A stretch of 56,076 nt of DNA, filler included, from Platydemus manokwari (taxonomy: Eukaryota): NCBI GenBank assembly GCA_037951405.1. It is 5 parts of 5 records of this genome, joined end to end, with 100 filler letters (N's around TTAATTAATTAA, not from the genome) between each part and the next. Parts side by side here need not be neighbours in the genome. Positions count along the whole stretch, not along the records: positions 35,613 to 46,095 come from JBBMOY011130441.1; positions 46,196 to 56,076 come from JBBMOY011193210.1; 3 more parts are not named here. One strand, given 5' to 3'. Both the position numbers and the translations under genes were made by a program. The notes beneath the pieces were generated by a model. The model made no database searches and was not told the DNA's origin. It worked only from the letters and a program-made list of their open reading frames with translations. Below are positions 40,101 through 53,966 of the stretch, piece after piece (position 1 is the first letter of the stretch; each line of letters starts with the position of its first letter).

Positions 40101-40952
40101 TTTACTCTTGATCTAAAGAGGTCTTCTGAAATTTTTCTTTATATTTTTGTGCGATTTCTTACTGTTTAATGCTTCTTTTGTACTATTGTTTTCCTTTCCT
40201 TATCCGTGTCTGTTTATAATTGATTTTTGTTGTTTTCTTTCATTTTATTTACGTTCTCTTTATATGTTGCCAAAATATATGAGTAAGTTGTCATGGTAAC
40301 TTGTATTTCTTCATGAGTGTTTATTATTTATATTTTTGGGATTTGTTTAAGTGTTTTTTGCTTGTTTTATTTTGTTTACCTTATTAAAATTTCCAAAAAT
40401 CAATTTATGATTCATTAATTTCTTATTTATTGATTATTTCAAATGATTCAAAATTTCATAATTTTCAATTTCAGTTGTTTTACTATCGTGAAGCGTTGAC
40501 AGCAGTTTGCAAAGAGTATTTTTAATGAAAAAACTATACTGCAAATTTTTAATACTATTTCATTTTTCGAAAACCTTTGATTATACTTGATGAAATCCGA
40601 TTGGATGAAGCTTTATTAGAATTGATTTTTTAAATTGACTTTTAAAGATAGTTTGAAGCCTAAAATTGTTGTGCAATATGTAATGGGAAAATTTTGTTGA
40701 GGATTGAATGGAGATTGTTGAGATTGTTCGTGAAGTGAGATCGACTTGAGAATTAATGTGAGATTTTATTAAGGATTATTTTTTAGCTGACTTCTTAAAA
40801 AATTATTTCCTTAATTAAATTGTGTGTGATATGATGTCTTATTTGCATTTCTTATTTCCAGATCTTACAGATTTATGAAATACGTGTTGGTTTTTTGTTT
40901 CCATAGAGATTTAGGTAATAGAATTACCTTGAATTACAATCATCTGGATGTA

Positions 40953-41823
40953 TCGTGCAATTCATAAGTCTCCATCTGTAAAACTAAAAGAAAATAACAA
41001 TGAGAACAAACCAAATGTACTGAGTTACTTTAATGCACAACAAAACACAGTAACCGTAAGAACAAATAACGATAAATAATAAGCAATTTCATAGCAACTG
41101 TTCATAATGCTCATCGTCTTGCACCAAACAGAGATTGCATCGTTTCCTGAAGCTTAAATAACATTTAAGGAGGACTTCTTGATTGATGTTTATTATTTCT
41201 GTGCGTTCGTTGAGCTTTGTATAATCGTTATGGATTACCTAAACTCGATATTTGATATAGCTCCATAACCAAAAGTCCAAAAATTATCTTCTCTTGATTT
41301 AAAGAATATTTGAAAGGTTTTATTTTTTCTTCTTTGAGATATCTGTGAAAAGAAGTTTGTGACGTTATACTCACTCGTGCAGTTTCTTGTTGATTTATGC
41401 CCTCATTCTCTTTTACAAAATTTACCACCTTTTCCTTCATGATTTCATCAGACGGTCTTCCTGATCGCAACCTGGTGGATAAGTTTCCAGTTTCTTCAAA
41501 CTTCTGTTTCCAGTATTGCACTGTTGTCCTAGCTGATGGTGCATGATTAAAATGTTGTTGAAATTCTTGGCAAAGTTTGGCACTACTATGGTACATTATT
41601 GCATGGCTAACTATAAACGCTCTATCCGCAGGCAAAAATTTAACATCACCAGCTGCTTCCACCATATTGTAATAATACAACTGATTAATAAGAAATACGA
41701 AATAAAGTACATTAATCAGTGAATAATAATCAATATCATGAAGTATAAATATGTGAATATAAATTATATTGTGTTTTGTGGTTTTATTTTAGTTTTAGAT
41801 AAGGAGACCTAGGAATCCCGCGG
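40953..41823 (-). mobile_element. Internally deleted Tc1/mariner-superfamily transposon (DUF4817-like HTH N-terminus)
   Basis: TA-flanked TIRs at both ends; ORF 41228-41680 has RAFIV...FQQHFN.APSARTTVQYWKQKFEETGNL...RSGRP; DDD catalytic core missing, C-terminal tail retained. Confidence 0.9.
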
Positions 41824-41949
41824 TATATATAAAAGATCTTCAAACGATAATCAACAAAATAACGAACTGAAATTATATTCGAAAAATAATAAGCAAACAA
41901 TTAAGTATTGATATAAATAAACCAGATCAATAACAAGTACACAATAACT

Positions 41950-43750
41950 CGATCAAAATATTGACTCGGACATTAATTGGAATCGGAAAAATTAAAATCA
42001 ATTTTCAATCTCTGAAAATATATTGATTTATCTTATGAAAAGATCATATTGTAATATATGAAGCGGATAAGATATCGATTAATAATAACTCACTTTGATC
42101 TCCATGTACAGTTAGCCCAATATGTTTTAATAAAAGGTTTTGCTGGGAAGTTGACATTGATTAATGTCGGTACATGACAATCAACAATCACTAAATCTCG
42201 TGACAATTCAAGAAAAATCTGTTGCAATCCTTTGGTGAAATCCACAACTCCGTATCACCAAATCAACAGCGACTGTGACAAATCATATTACGAAATCCCG
42301 TGAGAATCCAAAACTAAACAGTCAGAAATCACTAAGATCACCGAAATATAATTCACTTCAACAGTTTTCGTAAAAATCTATGCCACGTCTCTTTTTCGGA
42401 TAGAATGGAATAACAGTTCATGAGATACTTTGAACTTGAAATTGAATTTATCAAAGCGAACTTTACATATTTAACTTATGATTGGACTCTTTCAGTCTTA
42501 ATGTGTTACACAATAACCTCTTGTAATGTACAATTATTATTTCTGTAATCAAGTTTTATCTCGACAATGATTATTTAAAATATTTTTTAACTGGCATTCG
42601 CATATATAAAATAAGATTTCAATTTCTATTGAAGACAAATCTTAAATAAATTCTTTTTCTTTTCACCAAAAACATTTTATTCTTTAAATCGATCAATAAT
42701 CGAACAAATCTTTTAATTCCAATTGATGGATTAAATCCTTATTTGAGATTTGATTCCTCAAATAAAAATAAATCCGCTAGTCCATCAACAATATCTTCAC
42801 TGATATATATATATATGAAAAACAAAATTTATTGATTCAATAAAATCACATTCAATTTTTGCTCGTATCACATCTATTCGTTCGATTGGTTATTCAATTT
42901 AATTTCTCAATAACTAATTTATCAAGGTTAATCTGTTCACTGACAACGTTTGTCCGATAATATTAACGACTGACGTAACTGGAAATCAATAAACAAGTTG
43001 ATTATTATGATTTCGAATAAATATTGAGATTAAAAATTGTATTGATCTTTGTGATTCGATGCTGATATTTGATAAATGAATGTCGGTAAAATGTATTTGG
43101 CTTTATGTGAATAAATCGATTTTCCTTTGATTAAATGTAAAATGACTGTTTGTTTATTTACATTGCTGATTTTAAATGGAAGAATGAAAGGTAAATAAAG
43201 AGACTGCAACAAACCGATAAATTAACATGGTGTCGTGATTAGTATAAATACTGTTGCCAAAACAACACAAAGCATCACCTCATTGGTGCTTTGCACAAGT
43301 ACTTCTGAGAAATATTCGTAGACAGTAAATTATCTAGACAAATTGGTCGATGAAAAAAATTGGCCAGCTATATCAGCTTAATATTCATATTTCCATAGCA
43401 AAGGTGATTTTATTATATTTGAAAACCTCCTCCATTCGAGCTCAGATATCAAGATGGTCCAACTGAATTGTGTGTTATTCGATGAAGTTGTTGTGTTTAA
43501 AGCTTTTGTGGATCTTTCTCTGTTGTTGTATGAATGAAATACTAACGACCAAGTAAGCCGTTTTAAAAAGTTGAACAAAAAATATCGTACATTTTAACTG
43601 AGCGCGCTTTAAAATTTGAATTTCCAAGTCATACTCAATTAAGTAACCGATATACATCTTCAACCGATGATTTAAAATCACAAGCATAAGACGACCGTCA
43701 TAGAATTTATATTTTAAAAGCAATCAAAGTCACTGAGATTATAACCAAAA
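41950..43750 (-). mobile_element. Possible decayed LINE ORF2
   Basis: Weak echoes only (SYNNRERST, VDGLADF, KHIGL); low certainty. Confidence 0.25.
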
Positions 43751-44549
43751 TTCCTCACATAAACTCCAGACTAACAATAAAAGTCCTAGTAAACCAAACA
43801 GTGATAAAAAAACCTGTTTAATATAAATTTCATATTGCCTGCATTTATCTAATTAACAAATCATCGGATAGAATTAAACAAGCTCAAATTCTATGAAGAA
43901 CAACATCTTATATCCACGATCCTCCGACGAGAGATCACACTTCTCCAGGACCTGAAGGTCAACATCAACCTGTACTGCTACTCAGCCTATCCGATTTTAT
44001 ATGGTCGTGCCTGAACCCAAATAGATTTATAGTGCTCGTGGATCCACCAATTAAGGCCAGCGCGATCTATTATGGATCATTTTTGCATTTAAATTCTATT
44101 TCTTTATGTGATTTGTGTTCTGCAACCAAGTCTTATTTTGACTGCATTTGTAGATTATCTTTGTCGTATACCAAATAGCGTAATTTTATGGTTCGAATTT
44201 TCCTCATTTAAATCGTGTGAAATAAACTTTTATTGTCAATATTAATTGGTATTGAAATTTTTATTGTGGTGTTATCGTATTACAGTAATCATAAATTATT
44301 TTGAAATCAATTTTTAATAATATTTTCATCTTTGTAATTATTATCACCATAAACGATCAATAAAGAAAACAATTCTGATGTCAAAATATCGTTCCGATAG
44401 AGATAATTTAGTCTTATCATTATTTTATAATAAAACTGATATATTAATATTTTATATTATCACTTATTATCGATATGGCCTTTGGATATTTAGATATTAC
44501 AACCTGCTAAACAAGAATAAAATTAGTAACATCTATGTACCATAATTAT

Positions 44550-45130
44550 GATTCATACTTCATTATCTTCACTCAACTTGCATAACATTAGGACTAAAAG
44601 GCTTTTGACCACATCAATGGCAATCGCACGGTAATAATATTATAAAATGCTCACATAATATTATAATTATCATAACAAAATAGATCATTTGCCATCTATT
44701 GATAAGTGTGAGCCTTGTTAACATTAATATTCCCGTTTATTAACATACTGAAATTTTTATCTATAATTAGAACAAAAACCATTTCGACAAAACTATTGAT
44801 TGGAGTACATAGTCACCTATAAGTAGTAGATAATTATTGAAAATATTTGTGAAATTTTCAGAAGGATAAATTGGTAGTGATTTAATGAGTTATGCTTATC
44901 AAATATATAATACAAATCAGAATTGTGGAGTTAAGGAACTCATGTCATGTATATATTATAATATTATAAATATTACAGCTGATTCCTCAAACAGTAGCTA
45001 TAAGCATAATTATAGAATAGATATTGGAGTATAGTAAAAATAGAACAGTTCTAATTTCAATGAACTCGAAATAAATAAAATCAATTACGAAATATCTAAA
45101 TACAATGGAACATCCAGACAGAAGGTAACA
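44550..45130 (+). mobile_element. Non-LTR RT fragment
   Basis: D*KAFDHI (~44595), IGVHS (~44800) and SYAYQI (~44890) in RT motif order. Confidence 0.4.
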
Positions 45131-46329
45131 TTTAAATTATCGCTGACCAACAAAAATCAAAATTAAAAAAAACGCAACAATAAAAATAAACATAATTCTT
45201 AAAAATAAGCGAGTTGCTATGTTACACTGCTTTTCTTTTGATTGACTTGGATAGACACCATTAATCCAGCCAATCAAAGGAAAAGCAGACTCAGTCTAAC
45301 CACCAGGAGTAATAAATATAAACAATTTGTTTGAATAATATGTTTTTATAATAACAATTTTACATTGTAGATATGCTATAACCTCAATGGTCAGTTGGTT
45401 TGAATTGTCTCATTCTAGGACTACGTCAGGTACTTCTGCTGAACTACTAGGTCAGAATTCCTTTCTAACTACTTAATAAATTATCCATACCATTGTTCTG
45501 GTTGTTCAAGTTCTTCAAGTTTTTTATTAAGGTCAGAAGGATTTTAACTAGTTTATGAAAAATATGAGTTTAAAGTATGAATGCACCATTTGAAAATATT
45601 ATTAGTGGACCTGATTGCAAAGGCGCAGTAAAAGAAATAATGGCAATAATTTAAATATAAATAAGTTTTATAATATGAAAATATTATTTTCAAATTAATT
45701 GATTATCAATAATCAATTTCAAGTATTAAGTAGAAAAAAAACTGTAACAAACAAATTGTGTTGATTAACAAATAACCAGGTATTTAATAAGGCTTTTTAA
45801 TTATCAGCTGTTGTTTTGTGTAGGATATTAAAAGATCTTTGTGTGGAGAGTTGCAAGGTTATTTTTATGGATCTTTCGATAATTGGGACCTGCGGATCCC
45901 GGCAAACTATTAAAGAGCAAGAATTGATGAGTTTGGATTAAGTTTAAGTATTTAGTAAATGAGTGGTAGGACTAGGTACAGGACAGTATTACTTAGATTA
46001 TTCATTAAAATTATCATCGTGAAATTCATTTAGAATTGTATATTAAAAATAAAATTAATGTTATTTTGTAGTAAATTTCACTATAATAATTCATANNNNN
46101 NNNNNNNNNNNNNNNNNNNNNNNNNNNNNNNNNNNNNNNTTAATTAATTAANNNNNNNNNNNNNNNNNNNNNNNNNNNNNNNNNNNNNNNNNNNNATCAT
46201 TTTAATCTAAAAATATTTATTATTTTACAAAAAAGATAACAATTTTTAAAATTTATTTTAAAAAAGATTACTTTTATCATGTTTTTGTTCTGATTAATTT
46301 ATTTCAATATTATTATTGAAAATTCTTTT

Positions 46330-46880
46330 CTATCATTATGTTTAGATGCATCGATATTGATTGTTGATATGTATCAATTTATGTATCCGTTTCATTTCAT
46401 GAATCCTAATCAAGTTATAGAATTAAAAAATCAATTTCATGTATGATATTACAAAGGAACTTTTATTAAAATCAAAATTTTATTATAAAACTTTATCATT
46501 ATATTATAATATTAAATTCAAATATATTTTTTGAGAACATTAGAAAAGTTATTAAATTCATCAATAAGACCATGGAAGTCCGATTAGATAAAATTAAATT
46601 GTAAAGTTAAATCAAAGGCATTATCATAGTGGAAATTAATTAGTCCAGTTATCGCAAACCAAATTTTTGATTGACATTGAAAGCCTTGATTCAACACTAA
46701 AATTAAAAAATTATAAAATGACAAACAAAAAAATTATTAAAATATTAAAAACTTATCTATGAAGCAGTATTTATAAATGTCTGACAATATGGAAATTGGT
46801 TAAGGAGATTTAAAATTTTGTTAACAATATACAAGAATACATGACTCGAGATGCCAGTCTCAAACTAATACGAGTTAATG
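46330..46880 (+). mobile_element. Possible Penelope-like element C-terminus (GIY-YIG tail)
   Basis: MYPFHFM (46381), KALIQH, KLIYEAVFI (~46750), MTRDASLKL (46841) echo the PLE pattern NGYP...SALxxH...RxxxEAxxI...NRDxG. Confidence 0.35.
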
Positions 46881-47443
46881 AACATTACTATAAGTAGTGA
46901 CAATCAAAGTAAACTTGTCGTGGTAATTACAAGTTGTAAATATTAGAGAATAAAATGGAGTATAGAATAACTTGATTGCGCGGTAAATCTGCCATAAAGG
47001 TACTGTGTAGTATTATAACGATCACTAGTAGATTCTGATTTAGGAAATCAATTTTGTGCATTTTTATATCCTAATTATGAACTATTAAATTGATTTATAA
47101 TGACAATTAGGCATGATCTGTTGCTATTACTTTATGACCAAATCTTGTAAATGTTTGATATCCTAATTAAAACTTTATCATACTCCGTAAAGCATTATAG
47201 CACCTTTGGTGCAAACGGTAGTAGATAACAAATCAGGAAAGTTAAAGTTATGAGTTAATGTAGACACAAATTATTTATTGCTCCTAATTAATATTTTAAA
47301 TTTGTTGAAATAAATATGTATTGTATTACTTAATTTTGTCGAATTATTATTTTTCGTGTGTGTCAGGTATTTGATCTAGAACATTTTGGTGTTTAGTGGT
47401 AAAAATATAAATAAATAAGTAAACTACCTTTTCCTAAAAACTA

Positions 47444-47490
47444 GTCCTATTTCGGCCTCATCAGTACCTTGGTTCAGAGATATATAGGAC
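47444..47490 (-). ncRNA. Type III hammerhead ribozyme motif with minimal stem II
   Basis: GUCCUA-U-A^UAUCU[CUGAACCA]AGGUA-CUGAUGA-GGCC-GAA-A-UAGGAC: intact core, 7-bp stem III, 5-bp stem I, AUA cleavage triplet. Confidence 0.8.
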
Positions 47491-47556
47491 TTGTTGATCT
47501 CTCGGAGCCTTCAAGAACGATAGCTGAAATGATGGTGGTTGTTTGATACAAATAAT

Positions 47557-47614
47557 GTCCTATTTCGGCCTTCCGTGGGCCGCCTCAGTAACTTAGACCA
47601 AAGACAAATAGGAC
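47557..47614 (-). ncRNA. Type III hammerhead ribozyme motif, full stem II, A9-to-C core change
   Basis: GUCCUA-U-U^UGUCU[UUGGUCUA]AGUUA-CUGAGGC-GGCC[CACGGAA]GGCC-GAA-A-UAGGAC. Confidence 0.75.
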
Positions 47615-49058
47615 TAAAAAAATCTATTTGTTTATATACTAATTTAGAGATCAATTCATCAAGTAATTCAAAACCCAGGATTACTATATTGTGAATAAAA
47701 ATCCACGCAAACCCAAGGGATTATAAAGCGCAAATAAATAAATTTTGACCCATTATTACCATCAGATCAAATCTCATTGGAGTACGAAAATTTAAGGAAA
47801 TTCAATTAATAATAGATTACGGATTGAGCTACGACTATGATAGAATATCGCGGCTCAATCAGATTATTAATTTAAAATAATAATTATATTATATTTAATT
47901 ATAATTATTATATGAAGTGCGTATTATCAACTAATACAAATAAAAAATATTAGATAAAATTGCACAAATTTTTGTTTAAATTCATTATCTGGGTCATTAT
48001 GTTGGAAATATTCTATTTTACGTTATGTTTTCATGTTTTAGGATGCCAAAGTAGGTAAGCACTGGGCTAGGCCTTTTAAATAGATTCCGTGCTTTAAATT
48101 TATTGTTTTATTCAAATAAACACTATTATTTAATTTTGTTTTAATTCAGTATCCACTTAGTCATATTCCACATATATAACATCGGGCTAATTAATAACGG
48201 AGCCATAATATTGAAAAATTTCAAATAACAAGCACCTATCGAAATCCAGTTTAGCCATCTCATTTTTTAATATTTTAAGTACTTTCAATAAGCATTTATA
48301 TAACCATTTAATTGCTGTATTATTTATTTCATAATTACTGGAGCTTTTTATAAAATTTGAAACTCAGCATTTCAAAATTAGAACACAAATAATTACTTCA
48401 AAACAGAAAAACTTCAAAAAATGTAAAATTGACAGAAAAGAAAATTCAAGTACAAATAAAGACCCAATTAGTCAATTGAATTTAGTATGTCATTATGCAT
48501 TAGCGCTTAGTCCATCTATCATCCATCATTTATTCACAAGCAATCACACACAACACATTCTTTTACATCTTAAGTTGTGGCTTTATTGTAGAAAACAAGA
48601 ATTCCCAGAATACATCAATTGAATGTCAACAAAATAATTCAATTAGATTGTTTTGTGAACAATTCAATTGAGTGAACCACATATCTTCAAGCCACAATGT
48701 TAGATGATGAGATTAAAAACAATTATTTATGAATTTTATTAATTGATTTATTAATTTGTGATTTTTTTATAAAATATGCCTTTATCAAAAACATTTGTTT
48801 AAATCAGCAGATTTCTTTAAAAAATCTTTCTGTTTTCACTGATAATAATATTCTCGTATAAATAAATGATGCGTTCTATACATAACAGGAAATCTTCAAA
48901 CTCGTTTAATGAATAATTACTTAATTAAATTGATAATTAAACTAATTATTAAGATATGAATACTAATAAATATTTTTTTATTCATCACAGTTGTTGCAAT
49001 ACAGATATTATATTGATTAATAATAACTAAAAATCGTTTTTTTATTATTTTCTCTTCA

Positions 49059-49700
49059 TTAAAAGTAAAAATCATGATCTCGTAAGCTTTTGATATGTCG
49101 TTTCCCAGTTGGCTTATAAACAGGACGAGATTTTGGCACTAGAGGTAATCCCGGAAGAGTTGGACAGGCAACCATATTCTTAAATTTCAGCCAATCCTCT
49201 TCATTATAAAACAATCTGGCATCTCTGGGAATTGCCGTTCGGGAATGTTCATTCAACCATTTATTGTGAGCTACGGAATAAAATACTGGTTTCATTGGCC
49301 ATTTCTAATGTAACCAAAACATTTTAACATAAATAAATTCTGTTTAAATTATCCACTTGATTCATCGGCTGATGGAAATGTGGATATCGGTATTCATATT
49401 CAGGTGCTTTGGTTTTTAAAGCATTACGATCTAGACCTTGTAACATCGGATCCCAAACTTCATTTGTTGCAGTGAATCGTGATTGAGGAAACAAAAGATA
49501 AAATCCTGGCCCTTTCCATTGGTGGGAAACTCCACCACGACTATGATAGAGTGAAGTTTGAGTAGGATAATGCTGAGGTCCAGCAACGTATTTTTCTATC
49601 GCTAATAAAATGGAAATTTAAACCGAATTTTACAGTGGAAACATAAATATCAGTATAATTCAAAACAACCTTCATTTCGGCAGGCATAACCGGTAGCCAT
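49059..49700 (-). CDS. Intact 3-exon host gene, 173-aa uncharacterised protein
   Basis: Exons 49700-49670, 49601-49357, 49304-49059; GT-AG introns of 68 and 52 bp; continuous frame MATGYACRNEAIEKYVAGPQHYP...RDHDFYF*. Confidence 0.85.
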
Positions 49701-52562
49701 ATAAACCAATATTAATTTTATTAAAACAATTTGAAATTATATTAACAAATTTCAGTTATTAAAAATATAAATTCAAGAAAAAAACAATTTATTGTGTCTA
49801 CATTGGGTGTTAAATTTCAAATAATATTTTTTAATTTTGCTAATGCTTTTTAAATTTCTTTTGATAAAGTCGGCAATCTATTGGTAAAGAAATCATATTT
49901 ACATTTAACTTGAAAGTAATGAACGTTGAATTGAAATATTGATAATGAGGTAAAGTTATAACTTAAATGAAGAATGTGTTATTAAAATTATAAATTAATA
50001 ATATTTAGAGTTTGAATATATATATAACCCTAAATTTAGGAAATAATCCAATTTGACTCATTATAAAAATTTGATATTAAACTTAAATATAATTTTTGAA
50101 GCATGTGTAACGAAATATGCCTATATATTGACTTTACATTTCCATTTAAATATTCATTTCGTATTATGCTTGTAACATGCTTGATTTTAGAAGGCAACTT
50201 CTAAAATTAACTCGAAATTTAAGCAATTCACAAAAAAAAATTAATATCACAATTCAAAGTTGTTCAGTTTTGTTCAACTAAATAGTTAGTTAGAACATGG
50301 TTGAAGGTATTTTATCTACTAATCCTTTCATCACTTTGACCCATAAAGTGTGAGCAGAATATTTAGGTCTAACTATCATTTTCAAAATTAAATCATATAT
50401 TTAATGACAATTTACAAAGTATATAATAAATCAATTTTATAAATCAATCGTTTTTTGTTCTAATTCCTTCAAGGAAATAATTCATATTTTAACACTCTAA
50501 AAACCTTCTGCGAAATAGTATTAAAAAAATTTCAATAATTCCAAATCGCTTGATGATTTCAATTAATTCCTAATATTCGATTTAGTTGTAATGACTCATT
50601 CCAATTATCTTCGATAGTTTTTCTAAAAATAGATTTTCTAAACAATTGGAAAAAACAATTCGATGTGTGAAATGCATGAAGTGTTTGTTTATTTTTTAGG
50701 TGATCTAAAGGAAAATATAGCAATATGATGATTGTTGTTTTTATTTTCTCAAGGTGACTTATGAAAAGTATTGTAATGAGTTATTTTTGTTTACGTTTTG
50801 ATTTATGAAGTTTATATTTAATAATGGAAATATAAGTTACATGATAGACATAAATTTTGAAATAAATCTGTGGGAATCATCAGTATTCGGTATCAACAGT
50901 ATATGGAACAATGATTAAACATTTGAAAGCATGTGCTATGTCTTTAAAAAGCATGAAAGACGTTTGTTAGCAGCTACATAAAAACGACTTCGAACATTAT
51001 TCCGAAAATATATATATATATATAAGAGATTTAATTTAAGTTGCTATAAGTAAAAACTGTTACCCCCTATCTCTGAGTTTTATTTGATTGTCCTCTCGCA
51101 ATGCAGTGAAGAAAGCAAGCTGAAAAAAAATATTATTTTGGTTTATTTTGATTTTTTTCATTTAAATAAATGTTCTTTTATTGTCATTACATATGTCTAT
51201 CACAGAAACTTATTCAAACAATTGATTTTGTTAAACGTGTTCATTTTGAATTGGTTAAATACTTTAAAAGTGCTTTTGGTTGTTAAGTCATCAACTCTTG
51301 CTTTTATTGTTCAAAAAATATAATAAATTTAAATGTGTAGACTAACATAAATTAATTTAAAACTTGGGGTTTTGACCAAATGATTAATTCAAACTCAAGC
51401 ACTGAACAACATTGTATAACAATTTTTATAATCATTGTATTTTTATGCATGGCAATACGGGAGATATGTGTGTTAATTTTTATTGTTTTAATTTTAATTT
51501 AGTCAGTGTTTACTTTTATGTTTTAACAATTCCTTGGAACACTTGAGTGAAACTAGTTAAAAACAGTATTTATAAAATAATATGTTGGTATTTATAGTTA
51601 TTATCTGTAAATATCCAAAATAACAATACCGGAAAAACCCATTGAAGAAACACCCATTAAATTACCTACGTAATAAATTTATTAATAAAATAACAACACT
51701 TAATACATTATCGAGCTATAAAATCGACAAATAAATTACCACCCATTATCGTGCACAATAAATACAGTCACTGAAAAAAATATTCAGTTTATTAAATTTA
51801 ATCAGAGAGAATATATCTCTATATAAAATTTCTCTCTCCTATAAATAAATTCCAGGGAAAAAATAACAAATACACTGGCATCAAATTTAATCGCAAAGAA
51901 TATCTGCGAATGATTCATCACTGTCTATATAAGGCAGCAGACACAATTAACACTGCCACAATAACACGTTACATCAATTGTTAAACACATTATTGTGCAT
52001 TTAAGAACAACATGAGAGAAAGCCATCCACTGTCGAATATCGGGATTCCCTATATGCTCAGTATTTTATTGGAAGACCCCACAGTAAGATACGTTCCTGC
52101 AAAATACTAATTTGTATTATATACTGTATCGTTTATCTCTTATTATCGAGTTTTAACTAAATTATCTTTAAAGGTATTTGGATTTTCTTCAATAAAAGGA
52201 ATATATGAACCGTTTCTAAATCCAATAGTTTTTAATGTCCGTTTAAGTTTAATTATAATTTAGTATTAAAATCCATTTGTAATTATTATCTTATTATTTT
52301 ATTTGTTAACCAATTTGTATCAGTGTTATGAATAATGATTTCAAATAGAATTGGGCTAAGTAAAACAATTAAATTAATAAGGCCCGAACGTAGCATAAAA
52401 GCAGATAAAAATTTAATATATTCTCAAGTATATAAATTCTCTAGAGAACTTCTTAAAAGTGTTTAGATAAGAAAAACTCACAAAGACAAGATATTCCAGT
52501 TTAAATGATAAGCACTGCATGTTTATGAGAATTTCAAAAATTATATTATGAGGTATTTAGAT

Positions 52563-52783
52563 TGTTAGCGGCTACTATTTTAAAATCACACATTTAAAAA
52601 CGAACAGAAAAGTCAAGACACAATCAAATCTATTTTAAATCCTAATATTTAAACAAATATTTCTAATTTTACATTAATTTAATTTTTTATAAAATTAAAT
52701 TAAATCTGAATAAAATTTGAATAAATGTAAGTTAAAATTGTTTCGAATTAAATTGAAATTGAATTCATATCAAATATTTCACA
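52563..52783 (-). mobile_element. Solo LTR of the mini-LTR family
   Basis: TGT...ACA ends, perfect 5-bp TSD TAGAT (52558-52562, 52784-52788), homologous to the LTRs at 34013 and 34466. Confidence 0.9.
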
Positions 52784-53966
52784 TAGATTAAACCAAGTTA
52801 ATACTCTTTATCAATATGATCTTATAGGGAATATTCTAATACAAAACAGGTTATTATCCGAAACAGGGTTATAAATTCAAAGCAAAAGATAAACTATATA
52901 AATTGTTGTGATGAAAGATTATTCTTATATTGTTGAAAACTGATCAAATGAAATTATTTGAAATGATGAATACTCTCAAATTGTTGGGAAACCACAGACC
53001 GCCTACTTAGATAATGAATAGAGCGAAGATGAAAAGATTTCAATGAAAATCAATCCATGTGGTGTATGGAAATGTAAAATAAGTGTAAGAAAAACTCCCA
53101 CAAACAATATTTCAATCCCAATCAACACAAATAATACCCCTATATAACACAATCAACACCCCAAATATCTCGAACTGTAGACAAACAAGGTCAAAGTGAA
53201 TCCAGAGTTCAAAAATCCGATAGAGATTCATATCAATAACTGACAGTTTTAAATAAGCGAAAAGAAGAGGTGGAGTGTGGATTTACACGATTGAGATAGG
53301 TGGAAGAGAGAAATAAATACTCTTGATATTGCTTCAATATATTTGCTCTTAAAATCTTCATATCTCAGTGTGTAAATCTACAAGCCCAAAGAAACATTTG
53401 TGAATATTTGATGTGAATATCTGACAGTCAAAGTGCAAAGTACCGAATTTCAGTAACTATGGGGTGATGGATTTTCATCACAAAACACTCTCACAAATCG
53501 AAAGCGAATTGAATACCTAACTTGGTCATCTCGAAAGATAAAAGATAATTGAATCGAAACCGTTAAGCTGCTATATTTCTTTGGTAATTTTAATATTTTC
53601 AAAATCACAAATAAAAAATTGCCCAAAACGATTAGACCTTTTGGTTACATGTTCCAAAAAGTATAAGATTAAATTGTTAGGATCTATAGTTGACTTCTCG
53701 CGATCACGGAAAGATTATAAAATCCTCCATTGATCTCGATTGATCTCGAGTGAAATCTTTCGTAAATTCATAATTGGTTGAAAAAATAAATATAACTAAA
53801 CCAAAACTGTTATTTTTGTGCTTAATAGACCTCACACTGTTGAGCTGCTAGTAATATCAACCAAACACTTATCAAAACCCAACAAAATCATCAAAAATTG
53901 AATTTCAAATAATAATAAAGTTTTATTTCAAATAAAGAAAGATAAATTTTTTTTTAAAATTTAATA

